Source of the DNA: Octopus sinensis
Taxonomy: Eukaryota
NCBI RefSeq assembly: GCF_006345805.1
Contig: NW_021828112.1
Coordinates: 1-8,947, forward strand
DNA length: 8,947 bases
Reading direction: 5' to 3'
How positions within the stretch are numbered: the stretch's first letter is position 1; the number at the start of each line of letters is the position of its first letter. The notes below the pieces were generated by a model. The model did not search any database. It saw only the letters and a list, made by a program, of their open reading frames with translations, and was not told the origin of the DNA. Both the position numbers and the translations under genes were made by a program. Shown here piece after piece: positions 1-7,102 of this stretch.

Positions 1-61
1 TGAGTTAATGAATTATTAACATATTTTAATACGTATTTAAATGAATTATTATTGTCTAATA

Positions 62-238
62 ATTTTGGAGGAGGGTGCCAGTCGATTAGATGGACCTCAA
101 TACATAACTGGTTTTTAATTTATCGACTCCGAAAGGATGAAAGGCAAAGTTGACTTCAGCGGGATTTGAACTCAGAACATAAAGACACACGTAAACATTT
201 CGCCCGGCATGCTAACGTTTCTGCCAGCTAGCCGCCTT
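62..238 (-). mobile_element. tRNA-derived SINE, family 1 (octopus OR-like), tail type A, diverged with small internal deletion
   Basis: Aligns by eye to the family copies at 267-665, 1078-1301 and 1685-2062 (gtcgattagat..., gaaaggatgaaaggcaaagt, tttgaactcagaac, gccgcctt end). On the minus strand it begins AAGGCGGC...CTGGCAGAA with a B-box-like GAGTTCAAATCCC. Family name is from memory. Confidence 0.85.
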
Positions 239-266
239 ATATAAAAAAAGATAATGTGGATATATT

Positions 267-431
267 CTTTTTTACTCTAGGTACAAGGCCCAAAATTTTT
301 GGGGAGGGGGCCAGTCGATTAGATCGACCCCAGTACATAACTGGTGCTTAATTTATCGATCCCGAAAGGATAAAAATCAAAGTCGACCTCGGCGGAATTT
401 GAATCCAGAACGTAAAGACGGACGAAATACC
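267..431 (-). mobile_element. Family 1 SINE, 3' portion with tail A (part of composite element 267-667)
   Basis: Tail A (cttttttactctaggtacaaggcccaaaatttttggggagggggcc) plus body up to gacgaaatacc at 431, where a tail-B sequence begins abruptly. Confidence 0.9.
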
Positions 432-665
432 TATTTTTTTTATTACCCACAAGGGGCTAAACATAGAGGGGACAAACAAGGACAGTCATAGGTATTAAGT
501 CGATTATATCAACCCCAGTGCGTAACTGGTACTTAATTTATCGATCCTGAAAGGATAAAAGGCAAAGACGACCTCGGCGGAATTTGAATCCAGAACGTAA
601 AGACGGACGAAATACCGCTTAGCATCTCATCCGGCGTGCTAGCATTTCTGCCAGCTCGCCGCCTT
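432..665 (-). mobile_element. Family 1 SINE with tail B and complete tRNA-like head (part of composite element 267-667)
   Basis: Tail B (tattacccacaaggggctaaacatagaggggacaaacaaggacag) matches 1086-1130; the body and head end in ccagctcgccgcctt at 665. Confidence 0.9.
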
Positions 666-763
666 AAAATGTGGATATATTAAGAGAAAACTGCATATAG
701 TTTGTAGAGCTAATATAACTTTAAAACACCACCAAACTAAGTAAATAAGAAAATAAATAAATG

Positions 764-1068
764 TTTTGTTCCTTGTCGAGCCATGTTTGGCCCATAAGGG
801 CCGGTTTCCCGGTTTCATTGGCGTATAGAATCCCCACCTGGACGGGACGCCGGTCCGTCGCAGGTGAGCTGCTCAATGCAGGCGGAATGAGTGAGAGAAA
901 GTTGTGGCAAAAGAGTCCGCAGAGGCTCGCCATTACTTTCTCCCGGAGCAGCGTGGAACTTCAGTGTTTCGCTCATAAACACACACACATCGCCCGGTCT
1001 GAGATTCGAACCCGCGATAACCTCAACCGCGAGTTCGCTGCTCTAACCACTAGGCTATGTGCCTCCAC
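764..1068 (-). mobile_element. tRNA-derived SINE, family 2, full length
   Basis: Minus strand reads GTGGAGGCACATAGCCTAGTGGTTAGAGC (A box) ... GGGTTCGAATCTC (B box) and ends GGAACAAAA. Homologous to 4820-5076. TSD aaataaataaatg at 751-763 and 1307-1319. The central CTGCGACGGACCGGCGTCCCGTCCAGG resembles my recollection of V/Meta-type SINE central domains (uncertain). Confidence 0.9.
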
Positions 1069-1077
1069 AAATAAATA

Positions 1078-1301
1078 TATTTCTTTATTACCCACAAGGG
1101 GCTAAACATAGAGGGGACAAACAAGGACAGACAAAGGGATTAAATCGATTACATCGACCCCAGTGCGTTACTGGTACTTAAGTATCGATCCCGAAAGGAG
1201 TGAATGGAAAGGCAAGTCGACCTCGGCGGAATTTGAACTCACAACGTAACGGCAGACGAAATACCGCTAAGCATTTCGCCCGGCGTGCTAACGGTTCTGC
1301 C
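1078..1301 (-). mobile_element. Family 1 SINE, tail B, missing about 14 nt of its 5' end, inserted at the head of the family 2 SINE
   Basis: Homology to 432-665; flanked by an 18-bp direct repeat tgcctccacaaataaata (1060-1077 / 1298-1315). Confidence 0.9.
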
Positions 1302-1540
1302 TCCACAAATAAATAAATGGCTAAATCAAAAGAACCTGGTGGGGCAGGGCAAGTAAGACTGGATAAAAGTCCATTACGTACCTACACCAAACAAATTTAA
1401 TTATCAGACGGTTATTTGTCTCTACAACACTCGGAATCCCCTGTGCCCATCCCTCGTCAACTTAAATTTCAACGCGAAGGAGTTTGAATTAAGCTCGGTT
1501 TTCCTTTTTTATTGCTTGGATGAAGATGAAGTTTCAAATG

Positions 1541-1559
1541 AAAAAAAAAAAAAAAAAAA
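1541..1559. repeat. Poly(A)19 tract
   Basis: Direct reading. Confidence 0.95.
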
Positions 1560-1684
1560 GCAATGCTTGATATTTTGTTGAATATTGCCTTCCAACACCA
1601 AAGGCGTTAGATTTTAGGCAATATTTTAAGATTTCACAAATAAGAATGGCTTCAAACTTTAGAACTGGGCCATCAGTTTTTTCA

Positions 1685-1895
1685 TATTCTTTTCTTTTCT
1701 ACTCTCGGCACAAGGCCCGAAATTTTTTTTTTTTTGAGGGGGGAGGCTAGTCGATTAGATCGACCTGGTACTTAATTTATTGACCCCCCCACCCGAAATG
1801 ATGAAAGGTAAAGTCGACCTCGGTGGAATTTGAACACAAAACGTAAAGACGGATGAAATATTGCTAAGCATTTCGCCCGCCGTGCTAACATTTCT
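1685..1895 (-). mobile_element. Family 1 SINE, tail A, lacking the first ~16 nt of the head
   Basis: Tail A and body present up to gctaacatttct (1895); 12-nt deletion in the ccagt..actgg hairpin. Confidence 0.85.
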
Positions 1896-1927
1896 TATTT
1901 CTTATAATAATAATAAAAAAGAAATCA

Positions 1928-2062
1928 ATATTCTTTTCTGCTCTAGGCACAAGGCCCGAAATTTTTTTTTTGGGGGGGGGCAGTCGATTAGATCGACCCC
2001 AGTACGCAACTGGTACTTAATTTATCGGCACCGAAAAGATGAAAGAGCTAGCTCACCGCCTT
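1928..2062 (-). mobile_element. Family 1 SINE fragment: tail A and 3' body joined to the first 16 nt of the head
   Basis: Tail A and body to gatgaaag (2045), then gctagctcaccgcctt (2047-2062), which matches the head gccagctcgccgcctt with two transitions. Confidence 0.8.
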
Positions 2063-2265
2063 CATAATAGAGAACAACGTCACGTCTATTACGTTAGTGT
2101 TAGAGTCATTTCAACACCATGAGACGCACAAGGTTGTGAGTGACATGGCTTCGTGAGGACAGCACAAATGTCACTAAAAAACATGGAAAAATTGTGGTTT
2201 TATAACCTTCACTGGAAATCTCTAGAAGCGCCCAGAAGCAATCTTTTGAAATAATTTTCGGTCAA

Positions 2266-2376
2266 AAACCAAGACGGCTTCGACCAGTATATTTTTCACC
2301 CAATGAAATGAGTCCTTTCAAACCAAGACGGCTTCGACCAGTATATTTTTCACCCAATGAAATGAGTCCTTTCAAA
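2266..2376. repeat. Perfect 54-bp tandem duplication (2 copies)
   Basis: aaaccaagacggcttcgaccagtatatttttcacccaatgaaatgagtcctttc at 2266-2319 and 2320-2373, followed by aaa. Confidence 0.95.
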
Positions 2377-2484
2377 TTAAATTTGCTTTATCCACAAATT
2401 ACCGCCAAAAGAATTTTCTTATGAACTAACTCTAGTTTATTTTCATTCAATAACATTTAGCTAAAACGATTTTTACTACACTAC

Positions 2485-2654
2485 ATATGTATCTGTACGA
2501 CGGGCTTCTTTCAGTTTCCGGCTACCAAACAACTGACAAGACTTTGGGCCCGGGATAATAGTAGAAGGCACTTGCCCAGGGTGTCGTGTAGTGAAATTGA
2601 ACCCAAACCATGCAGTTGATAAGCAAACATCTCTGTTACACAACCACGTCTGCG
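2485..2654 (-). mobile_element. tRNA-derived CORE-type SINE, family 3, diverged and 3'-truncated
   Basis: Reverse complement aligns with 3215-3377, including a perfect 23-bp block (2496-2518 vs 3355-3377). It carries CCCTGGGCAAGTG, resembling the CORE-domain hallmark CCTTGGGCAAGT. Confidence 0.8.
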
Positions 2655-3002
2655 ATTCATTCTCTTCCTGAAAATGGAGAAAAAAAGAAAAAAACACCTG
2701 AAATACAAAAAAAAAAAAAAATAAAAAATTGAAAAAAAAATTAATTACAAGATAAATTTGTTTCATGTTTTTCTAGACATGTGTTTCCATCGATCCCTAC
2801 AGAATAATTTGGGCTTAACACGGCTTAACTGTAAAGAAATCCCATAGGATTTGGTTCTTCAGGGAAATTGGAAGTCTTCAGAGCAAAAAATAGCGACGAG
2901 GAATGGGATGGGATCAAAAAAGAGCATTGCAAGAGGATATACACCTACGCAGGAGCACACACTGTCTGTCTGCGTCTCCCTCCATCTCTGTCTCCACCCC
3001 CA

Positions 3003-3211
3003 CATATGTATATGTGTGTGTGTGTGTGTGAGTGAGTTTTCTGTCTGTCTGCTTGGCTGGCTGGCTGTCTATAGGGAAATCATTGACAGAGTTTCCGTAA
3101 TCTCGCTGGTTGTACGCTTGTTTATATATATATGTATACATGTACGTATGCATGTACATACATACAGACACACACCCCCACCCACACACACATATATATA
3201 TATATATATAT
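3003..3211. repeat. Interrupted (TG)n/(TA)n/(CA)n microsatellite patches
   Basis: (TG) at 3013-3030, (TA)/(CA)-rich 3122-3211. Confidence 0.85.
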
Positions 3212-3488
3212 AGGCGCAGGAGTGGATGTGTGGTACGTAGTTTGCTTACCAACCACATGGTTCCGGGTTCAGTCCCACTGCGTGGCACTTTGGATAAGTG
3301 TCTTCTACTAAAGCCTCAAGCCGACCAAAGCCTTGTGAGTGGATTTGGGTGACAGAAACTGAAAGAAGCCCGTCGTATATATGTATGTGTGTGCATATGT
3401 GTGTATATGTTTGTGTGTCTGTGTTTGTCCAACATCGTTTGATAACCGATGCTGGTATGTTTACGTCCCCGTAATATGAACGGCAAAA
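3212..3488 (+). mobile_element. tRNA-derived CORE-type SINE, family 3 (possibly octopus OR2-like), with internal (TA/TG) microsatellite, 3' end missing
   Basis: A-box-like TGGATGTGTGG (3223-3233), B-box-like GGTTCAGTCCC (3266-3276), CORE-like ggcactttggataagtgtcttctac (3284-3308); homology to 2485-2654. The 3' boundary rests on my recalled consensus. Confidence 0.8.
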
Positions 3489-3723
3489 ACAGCAACAAAT
3501 ACCGGGTTGAGACGATCGGCACAATTCGCTGGATTCGCTGACTCAGAATGGGTGCAACGCAACTCTGGAATCCCTAAAATACACAAATGCTTGTTCATGT
3601 CCGTTCTGTGCTTTCCCCTGTTTTTCTTTATGCAGCTTCGTCCTCCTCCCATGTGACACTCACCTCCTATCTACAACGATAGGCTTACAAATACCTATAT
3701 ATGTATATGTATACGCATCTATT

Positions 3724-3817
3724 CATCCGTCCATCCATCCGTCCATCCATCCATCCATCCATCCATCCGTCCGTCCGTCCATCCATCCATCCATCCATCT
3801 CTCTGTCTCTCTCTTTG

Positions 3818-3878
<61 letters not shown>
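3724..3878. repeat. Compound microsatellite (CCAT/CCGT)n-(CT)n-(TA)n
   Basis: Direct reading; three abutting arrays. Confidence 0.95.
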
Positions 3879-4251
3879 CATTCATGCATATTCATGCATA
3901 TTCATATATACATGCATATATGTATATACAAAATATGTCTATATACAAATGTGCAGAATGTGCATATATATATATAGTATGTATGTATGTATGCATCATA
4001 CAAATGTGCGCACGCACGTTTATCTATGTTTGTATACATAACCTGACACACATGCACACACACACACACGCATACACACACTCTCACACATATATATGTA
4101 TATGTGTGTGTATATATTTATATATGTGTGTATGTATGTATGTGTATGTGTGTTTATATATATATATATACACATTTGTTAATAAAAATATAGATAGATA
4201 ACTAGAAAGAAAGGATAGAGTATGCATGCATATATATATAATATCTCTATA

Positions 4252-4291
<40 letters not shown>

Positions 4292-4292
4292 T
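3879..4292. repeat. Degenerate (TA)/(CA)/(TG)/(TATG) low-complexity region
   Basis: Direct reading; includes a short ttcatgcata tandem at 3881-3900. Confidence 0.85.
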
Positions 4293-4703
4293 ATCTTGAT
4301 TGGACACCAGCTATATACACTGATAATCACAAATATCTTGATAAGCTATACACCCTCACACTAATACTCTTTCTCCCAAATCGACATGCACTCGCGCACA
4401 CACACACATACACACATACACACATTCCCACCTTCTACACGTGTATATACATAATTGTGCACACATGAGTGCGTGTATAAATATAAACTATAAAAGCGCA
4501 CACAACATAAATATAATTGGCGAGAGGTTTGTAAAGTCTCAGAGGAGAGAGAAAAAGCAGAGTTTGTATTCAATTAAACAGCGATTATATCTCAAATAAA
4601 AATAGAGATTAGGACCCGCGTATTAAGTGGAGCAATGCTGCCTGGTAATCGCTGGTAGCAAATTAAAGCTAAGTTGTTTCAAATCCCTCGTCTGGTCGCA
4701 GTG

Positions 4704-4738
4704 ATTTGCATCTCGCATCACGTGACACCAATCATTAA
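4704..4738. promoter_or_regulatory. Dense motif cluster: octamer ATTTGCAT, palindromic E-box TCACGTGA, CCAAT box, TAAT core
   Basis: ATTTGCAT 4704-4711, TCACGTGA 4718-4725, CCAATCA 4728-4734, CATTAA 4733-4738. Motif presence only; no functional evidence. Confidence 0.35.
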
Positions 4739-4819
4739 GCTCACACGCATGCGTACATATGTGTGCACGAATTTGTATTTGTATGAATGTATATATGTAT
4801 GTATGTATGTCATTATTTG

Positions 4820-5076
4820 TGGAGGCAAAATGGCCTAGTGGTTAGAGCAGCGGACTAGCGGTCGAGGGATCGCGGGTTCGAATCTCAGATCGGCTCCGGC
4901 AGAAATTATTGGCCAACTTCTGCTGACTCTTTCGCCACAACTTTCTCTCACTCTTTCCTCCTGCATCTTGCAGCTCACCTGCGACGGACATACAGGTGGG
5001 GAACCTATACACCAAGGAAACCGGGAAACCGGCCCTTATGAGCCAGGCGTGGCTCGAGAAGGAACAAACAACAACA
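4820..5076 (+). mobile_element. tRNA-derived SINE, family 2, intact Pol III boxes, two internal deletions
   Basis: A box TGGCCTAGTGG 4831-4841, B box GGTTCGAATC 4875-4884, (CAA)n-type end; 13-bp TSD atgtcattatttg at 4807-4819 and 5077-5089; homologous to 764-1068. Confidence 0.92.
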
Positions 5077-5417
5077 ATGTCATTATTTGGTTTTATTTCA
5101 AGATTTCTTGTCCTAATCTCTATTTTTATTTGAGATATAATACATCCGGCTGTATGTATACGTATGTCATTATGATGGCAGCTGGAGATACGATAGTTTA
5201 ACCAAAAGAACCGGCTATTGCAAGCAAAAATATACATTGAAAGAAGACGAATTTGGACAAATCTGGACATAAGACAGTTTAACATAATAGCAACGATGTA
5301 TGTATATAGGTAGTTAGTAAGGGATTTCTCCAAACGTTTACCGGTTTGCTCACAGGCTATTTTAGGCTATATATGGTATATAAAAAGGAATTAAAGGCAA
5401 TGCTAATGCTATTCTGT

Positions 5418-5420
<3 letters not shown>

Positions 5421-5453
<33 letters not shown>
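5421..5453. repeat. (CAT)11 microsatellite
   Basis: Direct reading. Confidence 0.95.
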
Positions 5454-6053
5454 TATGTTAAGCCAAGACGATGTAAAGTGGTGAACGCTGGAAAAACGAG
5501 CTTTGAGAAGAGACAGATAAAAGCACGTCTTGTGTTTAGGAAGGAAGTGGAAGAAAGAAAGAAGGATGACCGTTCGTTACGTGTGAGCAACGAGAGAGTC
5601 AAGGAGGAAGAGTGATAGAGAGAGAGGGGGAACGGTGAAGGGGAGAGGAGAAGAATAGGGAAATGGTGGGAGCGAAAAACAGAAAGAAAGACGAACAAGA
5701 GAGGGAGATAGATAAACACATATGTGTATATGTACAGTCCGGCCACATGTAGGTTCTTAGTTTAGATTTAGGGCACAACGATCGATCTAAGAAAAAGAAA
5801 AGAAAACAGACGACAGAGACAACAGAAGCAGCAACAACAATAACAACAATGAGACGACGGGAAAGTCTTTGCCTGGTCACGGAAGTTGCGAGAAAGAGAA
5901 GCTAGGTCTTTCTCAAATTGCATCCTTTGCATAATAAAGAGACAGTTTCATTGCGTGAATAAAAGACGAGATGGTCAAGATTAGAAAGTCACAGAGAGCA
6001 GAGGTCTGTAGGGTCAGGGCTGAGGTGGGCCGAAGCAACATCAACCACAAGAG

Positions 6054-6611
6054 CAACAACAACAACAACAATAGAGGTGACGTGGAGGGGGGGGTACAGT
6101 TTGTGATATTGTTGATGGCGTGGTGGTGATGATGATGATGATGCTAAAGTGATGACTATGATGATGGCAACGATGATGACGATGATGATGGTGATGATGA
6201 TGATGATGATGATGATGATGAGGAGGAGGAGGAGGGGTAGGAGGAGGAGGGGTAGGAGGAAGAGGATAGTGATCGTTATAGTAATGTTGCTGCTGCTGCA
6301 GCTGATGATGATGATGATGAGAGGGAAGAGGGTGATGTTTATGATGATAACGATGATGATGATGATGATGATGATAATGCTGATGACGTCGATTACGTTG
6401 ATGATGATAATGACGCTGACGACAGTGATGCTGCTGTAGCTGCTGCTGATGACGATGAAGGTGATGATGATGATGATGATGATGACTATATTGAAGATGA
6501 CGACGACGACGATGATGATAATGATGATGATTGAGAGGAGGAGGAGGAGGAGGAGCGGTAGGAGTAAAAGGATGATTGTCGTGGTAGCAACGATGATGAC
6601 GATGATGATGT

Positions 6612-6656
<45 letters not shown>

Positions 6657-6698
6657 TGATGACGATGATGATGATTATGACGATGATGGTGATGATGG

Positions 6699-6747
<49 letters not shown>

Positions 6748-6857
6748 GGTGGTGGTGGTGATGATGATGATGATGATGATGACGATGATGACGATGATGA
6801 TGATGACAGTCATGATGATGATGATGATGACGATGATGGTGATGATGGTGATGATGG

Positions 6858-6898
<41 letters not shown>

Positions 6899-6937
6899 GT
6901 GATGGTGGTGATGATGATGATGATGATGATGATGATA

Positions 6938-6969
<32 letters not shown>

Positions 6970-7102
6970 GATAATGATAATGATGATGATGATGGTGATG
7001 ATGATGATGATAATGATGATCATGATGATCATGACGACGACAATGACGATGCTGCTGACGACGACGACGACAATGATGAATGATGAATGATGACAACGAC
7101 GA
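6054..7102. repeat. ~1-kb degenerate trinucleotide array, mainly (GAT)n with (GGA)n, (GCT)n, (GAC)n, (GGT)n, (AAC)n blocks
   Basis: Direct reading; it accounts for the poly-Ile, poly-His and poly-Met ORFs in the track. Confidence 0.95.

Larger units (their letters stand above)
253..681. repeat. 14-bp target-site duplication aatgtggatatatt (253-266 / 668-681) flanking the composite SINE
   Basis: Exact 14-bp direct repeat immediately outside tail A and just beyond the head. Confidence 0.85.
4584..5141. mobile_element. Putative non-autonomous TIR element (MITE-like) defined by a 32-bp perfect inverted repeat
   Basis: attatatctcaaataaaaatagagattaggac (4584-4615) is the exact reverse complement of 5110-5141. 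TA dinucleotides lie at the outer ends. No transposase ORF. Confidence 0.55.

Noticed and set aside
721-1105. ORFs 721-933, 761-1105, 4842-5333 and 4968-5201 with similar peptides (PIRAGFPVSL.../LIRAGFPVSL...)
   Set aside because: Similarity comes from two copies of the same family 2 SINE, not from paralogous genes.
1581-1625. 10-bp inverted repeat aatattgcct / aggcaatatt
   Set aside because: Short, AT-rich, does not extend; compatible with chance and too short for a pre-miRNA.
2266-2376. CRISPR-like or array-like repeat
   Set aside because: Only two abutting copies with no spacers, in eukaryotic context.
3510-3560. Plus-frame peptide GFADSEW resembling the copia RNase H motif GY.DADW
   Set aside because: Seven-residue resemblance only; flanking residues do not continue the domain and there is no LTR or pol context.
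4820-4893. tRNA gene candidate
   Set aside because: A and B boxes are present, but the anticodon and acceptor stems do not pair well and the sequence continues into a SINE body with tail and TSD.
5164-5173. Third occurrence of atgtcattat near the family 2 TSD
   Set aside because: Only 10 bp, adjacent to (TATG)n sequence, not at an element boundary.
6571-7083. 170-codon poly-Asp frame suggesting an aspein-like acidic biomineralisation protein
   Set aside because: In-frame TAA at 6565, no ATG, no acceptor with a pyrimidine tract. Synonymous GAC and non-synonymous GGT variants are about equally frequent (about 16 each by my count), as expected for neutral transitions.
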